Below, piece after piece: positions 1 to 9,491 of a DNA stretch of 64,000 nt. Below the pieces are notes generated by a model. The model searched no databases and had not been told where the DNA came from. It saw only the letters and a program-made list of their open reading frames with translations. Numbering within the stretch: position 1 is the stretch's first letter; the number at the start of each line of letters is the position of its first letter. Made by a program: the position numbers and the translations under genes. The stretch is from a bacterium (GTDB taxonomy: Bacteria > 4484-113 > JAGGVC01): assembly GCA_021158185.1 (NCBI GenBank), contig JAGGVC010000099.1:1016-65015 (forward strand), in the 5' to 3' direction.

Positions 1-898
1 CCTCGTAGGTTCCGACGATTCTGCCTGCCGGCCCGACGGTGATGGACAGGTTTCCGTGCGCCACGGCCACGGGCAGAATCTGTACGTCTCCGCCCATAAC
101 GACGGTTCCCGTGCGCTCGTTGATTATCACTTTGGCTGGCGCATCGCCCTGAACATTCAGCGATTCGAGCGCCGCGATGAAGGGCACGAGATCGTTTTTG
201 TAGATCTCTGGAACCCTGATTCTGATCGTTCCTCCGTCCACGGCAATCGCAATACCCATCCCGAACAGCCGTTGCAGCTCAAGCGAAATGTTCTGTGCAG
301 TCGTGAAGTCCGGGTTGTGCAAGTTTATCTGGATCGTGCCGTCGTCCTTGAGGACTGTGGACGGAATCGCGCGCTCGACGATAGCGCCTCCGATGATTCT
401 TCCTACGGTTGAGTGCTTCTTCGCACCGCGTCCACCGGATTGCCCGATGAAATCACCGAGGGAGACTGGCCCCTGCGCGACTGCGTACACGTTCTGGTCG
501 TGACCGATAAGCAGTGTTCGATAGAGTATGCCGCCTTCGAGGCTTTTCGCCGAGCCGATGCTTGAAATCGTCGCGTCGAGCCGGTCGCCCGGTTTGTAAT
601 ACGCGGGCATGTTCGCTGTTATGGCTACCGCTGCGAAGTTCTTGATGTTGATCGACTCGGGCGCGATGTGGAAGCCGAACTGCGAGAGCATTCCGCTTAT
701 CGCTTCGGCTGTGTAAAGCGCGTTTTTCGGATCATCGCCCGTGCCAAGGAGTCCACCCACGAGTCCGAAGCCGATGAGCTGGTTTTCGCGCACACCGTCA
801 ATGGACGCGATATCCTTGATGCGCGCGGCATTCGCGGGCGCGATCATCGTTGATACGATGATTATCGAAGAAATAACCGAGATCAGTAAAAAACGCAT
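1..898 (-). CDS. flgI: Flagellar P-ring protein FlgI (C-terminal end lies beyond the window)
   Basis: I translated the minus strand by hand from the ATG at the reverse complement of 896-898: MRFLLISVISSIIIVSTMIAPANAARIKDIASIDGVRENQLIGFGLVGGLLGTGD... This gives a signal peptide followed by the canonical FlgI mature N-terminus (RIKDI...GVRENQL.GYGLVVGL.GTGD). A GAGGT Shine-Dalgarno lies about 8 nt upstream. The reading frame stays open to position 1. This ORF is not in the supplied track because it is truncated by the window edge. Confidence 0.85.
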   Translation of the reverse strand, partial: MRFLLISVISSIIIVSTMIAPANAARIKDIASIDGVRENQLIGFGLVGGLLGTGDDPKNALYTAEAISGMLSQFGFHIAPESINIKNFAAVAITANMPAYYKPGDRLDATISSIGSAKSLEGGILYRTLLIGHDQNVYAVAQGPVSLGDFIGQSGGRGAKKHSTVGRIIGGAIVERAIPSTVLKDDGTIQINLHNPDFTTAQNISLELQRLFGMGIAIAVDGGTIRIRVPEIYKNDLVPFIAALESLNVQGDAPAKVIINERTGTVVMGGDVQILPVAVAHGNLSITVGPAGRIVGTYE

Positions 899-996
899 CG
901 CATTAACCTCTACACAATTTGCTGGCGGAGATGTCTCCGCTTGAATTACAATCGGGCCGCGGGCGCGTGGGGCTCATTCCCGCGACAGAAACGCGC

Positions 997-1635
997 TTAA
1001 AAAATGATGTCGAAGACGCGGCTCAGGAAACCCGGCTTCATCTTCTTGGTAATCTGACCTTCGCCGATGTACTCGACGCGCGTATCGGCGATTTTGTATG
1101 AGACAACTGTGTTTTCTTCATCAATGTCTTCAGGACGTATGATGCCGGATACAATGAGAATCTGAGTTTCGTGGTTGATCTTCACTTCTTTGCGCCCTTC
1201 GATGACGAGGTAATCGTTCTCTGTTATGTCCACGACCAGAACGCTTACGAGCGCCTCGACCTTTCCCTTACGGTCGGTGTCACCGTCGCCCTTGTACTCG
1301 GTCTTGGTTTTTTCTGTTAGCGAGCCGCCAAGCCCGATCAGCCGCCAGAACGGACTGAGGATGGCGTCGAGGATGCCCGTGTTGTTAAAGCTTACATCGG
1401 TTTTGTGCTCGCCTGAGATATCGGTCTTGGAACCCGTCGAGCCGAGAGCGTTCTCGGTTACATTCACAAGGACGATGTCCCCGATCTGATAATTTCTCGG
1501 CTTGGCATGGTAAAGATCGAGGCTGTCCTCATCGTCGAGAGGGTACAAGCTGTCGGCCCAAGCAGTTGCGCACATGGAAACGCCGAATACTGCAAATGCA
1601 AGAATAATTATCCGAATTGGTTTCATCCTCAACAC
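997..1635 (-). CDS. flgH: Flagellar L-ring lipoprotein FlgH
   Basis: 212 aa with a signal peptide and a Cys (AVFGVSMCATAWA). Its length and sequence profile are typical of FlgH. It sits between flgA and flgI as expected. Confidence 0.8.
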   Translation of the reverse strand: MLRMKPIRIIILAFAVFGVSMCATAWADSLYPLDDEDSLDLYHAKPRNYQIGDIVLVNVTENALGSTGSKTDISGEHKTDVSFNNTGILDAILSPFWRLIGLGGSLTEKTKTEYKGDGDTDRKGKVEALVSVLVVDITENDYLVIEGRKEVKINHETQILIVSGIIRPEDIDEENTVVSYKIADTRVEYIGEGQITKKMKPGFLSRVFDIIF

Positions 1636-1640
1636 CTCGT

Positions 1641-2621
1641 TTATGTCGGCAATATTACTATCGCCAGGTTATGAGCGGTAAGTGTGACTCGAATCCCCTT
1701 TCCGGTATCGTCGAGTTTGACGAGAATCCGCTCGCCGATGTACCCGTTTTCCGCCGAAGTTCCGGGTGCTTCGATTCGCAGACTGCCGCGCATAATCACA
1801 ACTACCAGGGCATCGCCGCGCCTTACGTCGTAGGGCTGGATGAGCGATTCGTAGGTGAGCTGCTCGCCCGCACCGATGTTTCGCTTGGATTCAAGACCCA
1901 GACATTCCCCGATTGTCGCAATAACCGGCGTACCCGGCGGTACAACCCGCGTTAGTGATTCGATCATATCGAGCGTGACTACCGCGCCGCGCGGAATGCC
2001 TGCCTTAGCAATTATCATCGGTGTTTTGAAGCTTGAAAACCTGGTGAGCGGGAACTGCCTGGCGAGTCTGCCGTCAACCTTGACAAGTATCGTCTGGGGC
2101 AGGGCGCCCTTACGGTGCGACGGGTACTTGACGATGATTTCAAGTTCACCCGGATTCACGGTAATGTCGGGCAAATGCTCAGTCCAGATGATTTTGACGT
2201 CATCGCAAAAATTAGTGCGTATTTCATCATCGAGAACGGAAGCGAGCTCGGCTGATGTGATTGTAAGCCCGGCTCGAACGATTGTAATTTTGTCCGGACC
2301 GGAGAGCGAGTATTCACTAGGCGCGATTCCTTCAACATAAAGCCGTGATTCAAGGTCGGATTTGCGGTACATGATCGGATGGTCGTGCGGAGGCGCGATG
2401 CCGATCCTGAGATTGACGAGTTTCGCAACATTTTCGTCTGAGCCTGTGATCTGCGCAACTTCGCCCAGTTCGATATACGGGCCTTCGACCTCTGAATGAG
2501 CGTTAAGCGTGATTCCGATCACCGATGCGAACGCGGGCGCGGAAAGTGCAGTTGAAAGGACAAATGCAGCCAGGAACGCTGCATCTAGAGGAAAGAACCT
2601 ACTTTTTCCTTTATTCTTCAT
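1641..2621 (-). CDS. flgA: Flagellar basal-body P-ring formation chaperone FlgA (SAF domain)
   Basis: 326 aa with an N-terminal signal peptide. The C-terminal segment (GERILVKLDDTGKGIRVTLTAHNLAIV) looks like a SAF/FlgA domain. It lies between flgG and flgH, the usual non-enteric gene order. Confidence 0.7.
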   Translation of the reverse strand: MKNKGKSRFFPLDAAFLAAFVLSTALSAPAFASVIGITLNAHSEVEGPYIELGEVAQITGSDENVAKLVNLRIGIAPPHDHPIMYRKSDLESRLYVEGIAPSEYSLSGPDKITIVRAGLTITSAELASVLDDEIRTNFCDDVKIIWTEHLPDITVNPGELEIIVKYPSHRKGALPQTILVKVDGRLARQFPLTRFSSFKTPMIIAKAGIPRGAVVTLDMIESLTRVVPPGTPVIATIGECLGLESKRNIGAGEQLTYESLIQPYDVRRGDALVVVIMRGSLRIEAPGTSAENGYIGERILVKLDDTGKGIRVTLTAHNLAIVILPT

Positions 2622-2626
2622 TCAGA

Positions 2627-3415
2627 CTACCGTTTGAGATTCGCCGCGATGCTGAGGATGTCATCCGCGGTCTGAATTGATTTGGAATTCGACTCGAACG
2701 CACGCTGGGCGATGATGAGTTTTATCATCTCGTCGGCGATCTGCACGTTTGAGTTCTCGATGAATCCCTGCTGAATCGTGCCGAATCCCTCTTCGCCGGG
2801 AATACCCTCGATCGGCTCACCGCTTCCTGCTGTCGCGAGAAAGATGTTTTTCCCCGCGGGTGAAAGGCCTGAAGGATTGATAAACCGGACAGTCGTTATC
2901 TGCCCAGCCTGGGTGGGTGCCTCGTCGCCAGGGGCTGTGTACCAGAACGTGCCGTCGGACTGAATCGTGATTGCCAGTGCGTCCGGCGGCAAGATGATTG
3001 CAGGTTCGAGGACATGGCCGTTGCTGTTCACAATCTGCCCGTTTGCATCGAGCTTCAGAGAGCCGTCGCGTGAATAACCTGTTGTGCCGTCGGGAAGCGT
3101 GAATTGAAGGAATCCCTCTCCCTCTATGATGACGTCGAGTGCGCGTTCGGTGTTGAGATAACTTCCCATTGTGAAATCCTTGATCGTCGCGACTATATGG
3201 GTGCCAAGGCCGATGTTCAGCCCGTTGGGATTAAGGACACCGGGGCTGACTTCGGTGCCGGAGCGTTTGAATTCCTGGTAGATCAGATCTTCGAATTCCG
3301 TTCTGTCCTTTTTGAATCCGTACGTGTTGACATTCGCGATGTTGTTCGCGACTACATCCGTCATCCGCTGCTGGGCATTGAGACCCGTTGCGCCTGTGTA
3401 CAATGCACGTATCAT
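2627..3415 (-). CDS. flgG: Flagellar basal-body rod protein FlgG
   Basis: N-terminus MIRALYTGATGLNAQQ...ANNIANVNTYGFKK and C-terminus IADEMIKLIIAQRAFESNSK are the conserved rod-protein termini. 262 aa. Confidence 0.85.
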   Translation of the reverse strand: MIRALYTGATGLNAQQRMTDVVANNIANVNTYGFKKDRTEFEDLIYQEFKRSGTEVSPGVLNPNGLNIGLGTHIVATIKDFTMGSYLNTERALDVIIEGEGFLQFTLPDGTTGYSRDGSLKLDANGQIVNSNGHVLEPAIILPPDALAITIQSDGTFWYTAPGDEAPTQAGQITTVRFINPSGLSPAGKNIFLATAGSGEPIEGIPGEEGFGTIQQGFIENSNVQIADEMIKLIIAQRAFESNSKSIQTADDILSIAANLKR

Positions 3416-3546
3416 CCCTTACTCCTGTTTTTTCGGGCAGGGAAGAGAAAAGGGAATCGGTCGTTCATCCCTTAGAAGGCTTCTGTCGCAGGCGACAGGC
3501 CGGCCTGGTATTTTCCGCTACCCGGATTTAAGGTTACAGCGCCGGC

Positions 3547-4317
3547 TTACATCAGTGAGCCGACGTCGTTGACAGTTCTTTCGAGTGTGCTGTCGAGAGT
3601 CTGAAGCACGCGGCTGTCAGCCTCGTAAATTCGATGGTTCTCGATAAGGTTGATCATCGAGTCGATCACATTTGCGTTGCTCTGCTCTAAAGCACCGGAT
3701 TGGAGGTTTGCCGTACCAATTCCGTCGGGAGCAGGGCCGCGGAACCTGTTGTGACCGATCTTGGTTAGTGCTTGGGGATTGGCAAAAAATGCGATTTGCA
3801 GCATGTCAACCATTTCACCGTCCGCGAAGACCGAGCCGTTGGCAGAAATCTCGATGCTTCCCGCCCCTGGAGTTTGAATGACGCCACCCTCTCCGAGCAC
3901 GGTTAATCCCTCGATTGTCGTTAGGCTGCCGTCAGGGGCAATAACGAAGGCTCCGTTTCTTGTGTAATACGTATTGCCCTGGTTATCCGCAACAGTAAAG
4001 AAGCCGTCGTTTAGAATGGCGACGTCGAGATTGCGCTCTGTATTTGTAATGGGTCCAGGGGAGAAATCGGTGTAGGTTTCAGCGCCCATTACGCCGGTTG
4101 ACTGGATGCCGATTGGAACAGCCGTGCCAAGAGGTGCTGAGGGAACTCTCGGATGCGACGGCTCACGCGACGTTAGCATTTCGGGTGCGGCCATGGCTGC
4201 AAGAAAGTCCTTCTTGAAGCCCGTAGTATTGACGTTCGCGAGGTTGCTAGCGGTGTTGTCAACTTGACGCTCCGCCTGAAGCATGCCTGATGCCAAAGTG
4301 TATATTCCGCGAATCAC
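3547..4317 (-). CDS. flgF: Flagellar basal-body rod protein FlgF
   Basis: Rod-protein N-terminal motif (IRGIYTLASGML...SNLANVNTTGFKKD) and C-terminal helix (NVIDSMINLIENHRIYEA). The start codon is GTG at the reverse complement of 4315-4317. It lies upstream of flgG. Confidence 0.8.
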   Translation of the reverse strand: MIRGIYTLASGMLQAERQVDNTASNLANVNTTGFKKDFLAAMAAPEMLTSREPSHPRVPSAPLGTAVPIGIQSTGVMGAETYTDFSPGPITNTERNLDVAILNDGFFTVADNQGNTYYTRNGAFVIAPDGSLTTIEGLTVLGEGGVIQTPGAGSIEISANGSVFADGEMVDMLQIAFFANPQALTKIGHNRFRGPAPDGIGTANLQSGALEQSNANVIDSMINLIENHRIYEADSRVLQTLDSTLERTVNDVGSLM

Positions 4318-4326
4318 GCATATGTG

Positions 4327-4353
4327 TTATCGGAAAGAAATCACCAGACTTAA
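4327..4353 (-). promoter_or_regulatory. Candidate sigma-28 (FliA)-type promoter immediately upstream of flgF
   Basis: On the minus strand: TTAAGTCT, an 11-nt spacer, then TCCGATAA. The consensus is TAAAGTTT-N11-GCCGATAA, so the match is 6/8 and 7/8. The -10 element ends only about 9 nt before the GTG start, which implies a near-leaderless transcript. That makes the call weak. Confidence 0.25.
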
Positions 4354-4374
4354 AGGCGGAGCCATTTGTCAGGT

Positions 4375-4764
4375 CTATTTTCTGAGCGTTGGTTCGCGCT
4401 TTAGACTCCGGTCGATTATAATTTCCAACATCAGCGTGCGGCCAGCAGAGAGCTTGAACGTATTCTCTCCCTGCGGCACGAATTCCTGTTCATCAGGACC
4501 GAGGACGTAAATTGTGTATTCCCCTGGATCGAGCTTGAAGAAAGCGTGGCCGCTGTCGTCGGCTGTATCAACTTTAATCGATTTATCGGAGCCCGCAGGT
4601 GCGATCTGAATCGTGACGTACCCCTGCGGGTATCCGTCCATGTCTACAATATTCACGGAAATGTTGCCGGGAATATTTCCGACGCCCGGCAGCTTGTCGC
4701 ACGAAGCAACGGATATGCACGAAATCAAAAGCAACGAACTTGCAAAAAATGCAATCAGCCTCAT
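4375..4764 (-). CDS. Small lipoprotein with a carboxypeptidase-regulatory-like beta-sandwich domain
   Basis: 129 aa. It has a signal peptide with a lipobox-like LLISC. The middle section is beta-rich (YPQGYVTIQIAPAGSDKSIKVDTADDSGHAFFKLDPGEYTIYV). Confidence 0.45.
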   Translation of the reverse strand: MRLIAFFASSLLLISCISVASCDKLPGVGNIPGNISVNIVDMDGYPQGYVTIQIAPAGSDKSIKVDTADDSGHAFFKLDPGEYTIYVLGPDEQEFVPQGENTFKLSAGRTLMLEIIIDRSLKREPTLRK

Positions 4765-4783
4765 TTAATCACCTCAAAACTAG

Positions 4784-5848
4784 TCAGCACAATTCTACAC
4801 CAAAGCCATCCGCGATTTCACCAATTACGCGTACTTGAGCATCAAATCCTTTAAGCAGGTCGAGATGCGCCTGCACCTCTTCTTTTGATACGATAATGGC
4901 AAGCCCTGTTCCCATATTGAAGGTACGAAACATCTCAGCTTCGTCAACCGGCCCGAGGTGTGCGATCCGTTTGAAAATCGGTGGAACAGCAAGTTTATCC
5001 CTGTGGATCTTGGCGCCCAGACCTTGCGGGATAACGCGCGGAATATTGTCTCGCAGGCCTCCGCCTGAAATATGAACAAGCGCTTTCACGTTTCCACCAT
5101 CAAAAAGCGCTTTTGCTTCGGATGCGTAAATCCTAGCCGGGCGGGTCACTTCGCTCATCAATGAGCATCCAAGTTCATCATCGTGTTTGTGCCATTCTTC
5201 ATCGGCGATTTCCGCAAAGACGCGCCTAGCGAGCGAGTAGCCGTTGCAGTGTATTCCGCTGGAACTGATGCCGATGATCTGGTCGCCAGCGGCAATATCC
5301 GACCGTGGCAGCATTTTCTTTCGTGCTACAACTCCGGTCGCGAAACCGACAAGGTCGTACTCGCCCGAAGCGTATGTATCGCGCATCTCTGCGATCTCAC
5401 CACCGATGAGCGCGCATCCTGACTCTCTGCAACCCTCACTTATTCCGGAAACGATCTCTTCGATCACTTCAGGGATCACCTTGTTGAGGCCGATGTAATC
5501 GAGGAAAAAGAGCGGTGATGCGCCTGCACAGATGATGTCGTTTACACAGGTGGATACGAGATCGATACCGGCATTGCGATGTGTGCCGAACCGGTATGCG
5601 TATTTTAATTTAGTGCCGACGCCGTCCGTACTGGATACGAGAACCGGATCATCAACGTTCTCGAACGATGCCGAGAAGGCAGCGCCGAAAGCCCCAACAT
5701 CCGTCAGAACCTCAGGGCGGAATGTCGATCTGGCATGCGGTTTGAGCAAGTCAATAGCTTTGTCCTGTGCATCGATGCTCACTCCCGCTTCGGCGTAAGT
5801 AAGCGATTGATCGTCACGATTCGCGTTTCCAAGTAGCTTTTCAAGCAT
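4784..5848 (-). CDS. purM: Phosphoribosylformylglycinamidine cyclo-ligase (AIR synthetase) PurM
   Basis: 354 aa. It carries LTYAEAGVSIDA, DGVGTKL and GGE motifs and has the N- and C-domain architecture of the PurM family. Confidence 0.85.
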   Translation of the reverse strand: MLEKLLGNANRDDQSLTYAEAGVSIDAQDKAIDLLKPHARSTFRPEVLTDVGAFGAAFSASFENVDDPVLVSSTDGVGTKLKYAYRFGTHRNAGIDLVSTCVNDIICAGASPLFFLDYIGLNKVIPEVIEEIVSGISEGCRESGCALIGGEIAEMRDTYASGEYDLVGFATGVVARKKMLPRSDIAAGDQIIGISSSGIHCNGYSLARRVFAEIADEEWHKHDDELGCSLMSEVTRPARIYASEAKALFDGGNVKALVHISGGGLRDNIPRVIPQGLGAKIHRDKLAVPPIFKRIAHLGPVDEAEMFRTFNMGTGLAIIVSKEEVQAHLDLLKGFDAQVRVIGEIADGFGVELC

Positions 5849-5902
5849 AAGGCAGCGCTATTTTACCACGCGAGTAAAGTGGTAGGTCTTAGAGGGATTC
5901 AG

Positions 5903-6070
5903 CTAATTTCTGCCGGCCGCGTCCGGCGGTTTTTCGGGTTCCGGATCAGGTTCCGGATCAGGCTGCGGGTCAGGCTCTGGTTCGGGTGGCGGTTCAGCCG
6001 CAGGCGGCTCCGCAGGCGGTTCAGAAGGTTCAGTAGATCCGGCGTCGTACGATTCAAGTTCAGGTTCAGG
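5903..6070. repeat. Coding low-complexity DNA repeat with 6/12-nt periodicity (GGTTCNGG units)
   Basis: The DNA reads ccggatcaggttccggatcaggctgcgggtcaggctctggttcgggtggcggttcagccgcaggcggctccgcaggcggttcagaaggttc. It encodes the PE/PD tail of the VanW-like protein. It also creates a spurious Arg-rich ORF on the opposite strand (5879..6124). Confidence 0.6.
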
Positions 6071-7123
6071 TTCGGGCTTGGGCTTCGGGCGGGGCGGCGC
6101 GATTTTTGCCCTTTGCCAGCCTGAGTTTTCTTCAAGTTCCTCGCTTATCAGGTTCTCTGCACCATACCAAGCATAAAGCCTGAACGTGATCTTGTTGCCA
6201 TCGATCTCGCTAATGATCATAACCGGGGAGTTGTAGGTATTCTCGAATTTGAAATCACGGCCTGGAAAGGCCACGGTGGCGTCCCTGTTCCACGGAACGT
6301 AGCCGACCTGCAGGCCGTGCGGCCAGCGCTCGATTATAGCGAGTCCAGCTTCAAGGCATGCGGCGTTGTATAGCGTGGTCGAGACCTGGCAGGAGCCTCC
6401 GCCAACGCCGGGCACTATCTCCTGCTTTTCGATTACGGGCGCGGATTTGTATCCGGTGCTGTATGTTCTGTCGCCTGTCACATCATTGAAACTGATTTCC
6501 TGGCCAGGGAAGATAATCATTCCGTTGAAGAAGCTGGCGCAAAGCGCGATGTTGTAGTTCCTGTTGTGTTGCCAGCTTTTGAACTTCGTCGTGTATTCAC
6601 CGATCGGCTCAGGATCGAAGCGGCCAATTTGTTCAGCCGTAACTTTCGCCGAAATTTCAGAAAAAACAGCATGTGCGATCTCGTCATAAGCGGAACGGTT
6701 AATCAGATCGGTTACATTTGCCAAGGTTGCTTCCTTGCCAAGCATTCTGCCCGGTACTTCAGGAAGCACGCTGAGATCAATCAAATTGAGAATTGCATCC
6801 CTCGGCGGGCGGTAAATCAGATCGGCGAATCTTGAGATTTCCTCATCGAGTTTCTCCTTCGAAAAACTCGGCACCAAAGAGTCCTCGTTCCACTCGTAGG
6901 AAAGATCGATTTCGTTTGGGAAAATCAAATAACTCTCGTCGTTCGCGGCAATAATTATCTGCGAAGGAACAGGTACCGCTAGCGATATGCCAAGCGCAGA
7001 GCGTATATCGTCTGGTATCAGATGTAGATCGCGCTTCGAGACCGCTGTGGTTACAGCAATCATCGCAAGAAACAGTCCTATCTTGAGCAGAGCACGCATC
7101 ACAGCTTTAACGTTGGCAGCCAC
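5903..7123 (-). CDS. VanW-family protein with an acidic Pro/Glu/Asp-repeat C-terminal tail
   Basis: The core region VPGVGGGSCQVSTTLYNAACLEAGLAIIERWPHG is a VanW-like motif. There is an N-terminal transmembrane anchor. The C-terminal tail is PRPKPKPEPEPE...PEPEPDPQPDPEPDPEPE. Confidence 0.65.
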   Translation of the reverse strand: MAANVKAVMRALLKIGLFLAMIAVTTAVSKRDLHLIPDDIRSALGISLAVPVPSQIIIAANDESYLIFPNEIDLSYEWNEDSLVPSFSKEKLDEEISRFADLIYRPPRDAILNLIDLSVLPEVPGRMLGKEATLANVTDLINRSAYDEIAHAVFSEISAKVTAEQIGRFDPEPIGEYTTKFKSWQHNRNYNIALCASFFNGMIIFPGQEISFNDVTGDRTYSTGYKSAPVIEKQEIVPGVGGGSCQVSTTLYNAACLEAGLAIIERWPHGLQVGYVPWNRDATVAFPGRDFKFENTYNSPVMIISEIDGNKITFRLYAWYGAENLISEELEENSGWQRAKIAPPRPKPKPEPEPELESYDAGSTEPSEPPAEPPAAEPPPEPEPDPQPDPEPDPEPEKPPDAAGRN

Positions 7124-7171
7124 CGCTTTGATTATACCAGCGTGATATATAGCTGCAAAAGGACTTTTAGA

Positions 7172-8941
7172 TTATTCAGTACTATGAGTTTTGGATGCTG
7201 TATTCAGGAAGCGTTTATCCAATTGCTTGCCGAGAAGTTGGGCGCCCTTTTTCCATCCGCTTTCGGCCTCGAACAGTTTCACGTTCCACTCGTTTCTTTC
7301 AAGCCACCCCCTGAGCGCTGTCACGATGTCTTTTTGAAGGTGCGCACCCTTGCGCGTACCGTATCTGTTGTCTATATGCGGTTCGGTCATTTCTTCGCAT
7401 AATGAGATCGCTCTTTCGGGCTGCCATCCTTTCTTGTAAGGTCTGGACTGAATCAGCGCGTGAAAGACATCTGCGACAGCGATTATTCTGCCGCCGTATG
7501 GAATCTCATCTCCCTTGAGCCTAAGAGGATATCCTCCGCCGTCGATTTCCTCATGGTGTGTTCCGGCGATGAGAGGAACATCCCTTAGCTCCTTGGACCA
7601 GTGAATCTGGCTGAGGATCGTGATGGTCTTTTCCACGTGGAAATCCATGAGGTATTTTTCGCAGGGGAGAAGCTTGGCAGGCTTGCTCAGGACAGCATCC
7701 GGCACAGCAATTTTGCCGTAATCGTGCAGTGTTGCTGCAATTCGGATCTTCTCCACCATCGAAAGTTCAAGTCCAAGCTCCTTGGCGATGACGACGCTTA
7801 TTCCAGTGACATACATGGAGTGGTTGCTCGTCGTCGGGTCCTTGGCGTCGACACTGGCCGCGAGAACCTCGATGAAGCTGTCAAACTGCTCCTTCTGTTC
7901 CCTATAGAGCTTGGCGTTTTCGATCGCGACGGCCGCAAAGCTGCCAAGCGTACGAAGTATCCGCTCGTCGTTGGCGGTAAATCTCCTTGCAGTTTGCTTG
8001 TTGAGCACCTGAAAGACGCCTATCATTTTTCCATGACGGTCGTACATCGGCATGCAAAGCACGCTTTTGGTACGGAATCCGCTCCTCTTATCCCAGCTCC
8101 TGTCAAAGAAATCAAGGTTGTATGCATCTTCAACATTCAAAGTCTTTCCACTTTCGAAAACCCTTCCGGCGATTCCCTTGCTCTTGGCAAGTCTGATCGA
8201 GCCTGTCGAATAGCCCTGTACGAACAATGTGTATATCTCGTCCTTGTCCTCATCGACAACGTAGACACTCGATCGTTCAGCTTCGAGAAGTTCGCTGCAC
8301 GAACGGCCGATTTCCGCGAGCAATGGAGCGAGTTCGATCATGGCGGCGATCTTCGTGCCCACATCGAGGATCTTGTTGAATCGCTCGATCGATTCGGGAG
8401 CTTCGGATATTTTCTGTTGGTCAGAGATTATCTGAGGAAGGAAACTCTCAAGCTTGGCGAGCAGCCGTTCGTCCATGCTCGACAGTTTTTCCTTGTCGGG
8501 ATGGGAAAGAACGAGCACTCCGCTAATTTGCTCAATCTTGTTCATAAGTGGGATGGCAATCAAAAGCTTCGGTTTGGTCGTCAGTTTGTCCAGCATTTCG
8601 CGGTCTGCAGGGCTGGAATCTGGGATGGTGAATCGCACGGTCTTTCCGTTGATCGCCTTCTCGGCAAAGTACATCCTGAATGCGTTTTCAGGGTCATCCT
8701 CGCTCTGCATCCCTGAATACGGCATTAGGCGCATCTCTTCGATGTCAAGGATGTAGATCGACGGTTCGAAACCCGGGAAAATGTCGGGGATCGCAGTGTG
8801 CAGGGAATCGATGGCTACCTTGAGTGAAGTTGCGGCATGCATATCCGAGAAAAGAGCAAAAAGCACTTCCAGTTTTTCCGCCCATATTTCAGGATTATGG
8901 CCGTCTTCAAAGGACGAGCTGCTGCTTAATGGGCTTTTCAT
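7172..8941 (-). CDS. Cytoplasmic tandem-GAF HD-GYP-domain phosphodiesterase (probable c-di-GMP hydrolase)
   Basis: 589 aa. The N-terminal two thirds have GAF-like character. The C-terminus carries HDYGKIAVPD...HHEEIDGGGYP, the HD and GYP signatures. There is no signal peptide or transmembrane segment. Confidence 0.75.
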   Translation of the reverse strand: MKSPLSSSSSFEDGHNPEIWAEKLEVLFALFSDMHAATSLKVAIDSLHTAIPDIFPGFEPSIYILDIEEMRLMPYSGMQSEDDPENAFRMYFAEKAINGKTVRFTIPDSSPADREMLDKLTTKPKLLIAIPLMNKIEQISGVLVLSHPDKEKLSSMDERLLAKLESFLPQIISDQQKISEAPESIERFNKILDVGTKIAAMIELAPLLAEIGRSCSELLEAERSSVYVVDEDKDEIYTLFVQGYSTGSIRLAKSKGIAGRVFESGKTLNVEDAYNLDFFDRSWDKRSGFRTKSVLCMPMYDRHGKMIGVFQVLNKQTARRFTANDERILRTLGSFAAVAIENAKLYREQKEQFDSFIEVLAASVDAKDPTTSNHSMYVTGISVVIAKELGLELSMVEKIRIAATLHDYGKIAVPDAVLSKPAKLLPCEKYLMDFHVEKTITILSQIHWSKELRDVPLIAGTHHEEIDGGGYPLRLKGDEIPYGGRIIAVADVFHALIQSRPYKKGWQPERAISLCEEMTEPHIDNRYGTRKGAHLQKDIVTALRGWLERNEWNVKLFEAESGWKKGAQLLGKQLDKRFLNTASKTHSTE

Positions 8942-8943
8942 TC

Positions 8944-9429
8944 TTATCCATCCTTGCGATGCCAGTCGTATGGGACGCTGCCGTCGTGCGGAGGAACCCT
9001 GTGTTCGTCAGGTTCGTTGTAGTCGTACACCTCAGTTGGAATATTAATAAGCAGTGCTTCGTGTTCGCTAATGGTCTTGAAGCCGTGGTAAACGAACGGA
9101 GGGATTTTAAGAAACGACGGGTTGTGCTCACCCATAAAAAACTCGTTAATCACCCCGTGGGTTTCGGAATCATCGCGCGCATCGTAAAGAACGACCTTCA
9201 TCATGCCAGATACGACGCAGAAGTGATCCGTCTGCTTCCTGTGAAAATGCCATGCTTTGACGGCGCCTGGATAGCCCGTCGTGAGATAGACCTGGCCGAA
9301 GCGATCGAAATCGGGATCGTCCGAGCGAAGAATCTCCATCAGCCTTCCCCGCTCGTCGGGAATCACCTTCAGACTCTTAAACTTGACCCCATAGATAAGT
9401 TGTTTTGTGCTTGCTACCATCGGATACAT
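8944..9429 (-). CDS. WxcM/FdtA-like cupin (sugar 3,4-ketoisomerase / RmlC-related fold)
   Basis: 161 aa. The motif GAVKAWHFHRKQTDHFCVVSGMMKVVLYDARDDSETHG matches the His-His...Q pattern of FdtA/WxcM-type cupins. There is a 2-nt gap to the upstream HD-GYP gene. Confidence 0.5.
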   Translation of the reverse strand: MYPMVASTKQLIYGVKFKSLKVIPDERGRLMEILRSDDPDFDRFGQVYLTTGYPGAVKAWHFHRKQTDHFCVVSGMMKVVLYDARDDSETHGVINEFFMGEHNPSFLKIPPFVYHGFKTISEHEALLINIPTEVYDYNEPDEHRVPPHDGSVPYDWHRKDG

Positions 9430-9491
9430 TATACACTGTCAGTGCAAGGAGGTTAATCACAGATGCTCGCAGGCTGCTGTGATTAAGAGAA

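Noticed and set aside
56-944. Four plus-strand ORFs (56..412, 288..503, 668..853, 741..944) in the first 950 nt
   Set aside because: They are antisense to the clearly conserved flgI coding sequence on the minus strand. They show no recognisable motifs and are shadow ORFs of a GC-rich gene.
5879-6135. Arg-rich ORF (RFRIRLRVRLWFGWRFSRRRLRRRFRR) and the overlapping 5899..6135 ORF
   Set aside because: They are a product of reading the periodic PE/PD-tail DNA repeat of the VanW gene in other frames. They are low-complexity artefacts.
7601-8716. 371-aa plus-strand ORF
   Set aside because: It lies wholly antisense inside the GAF-HD-GYP gene, whose conserved HD and GYP motifs fix the real frame. 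It has no Shine-Dalgarno and an implausible composition.
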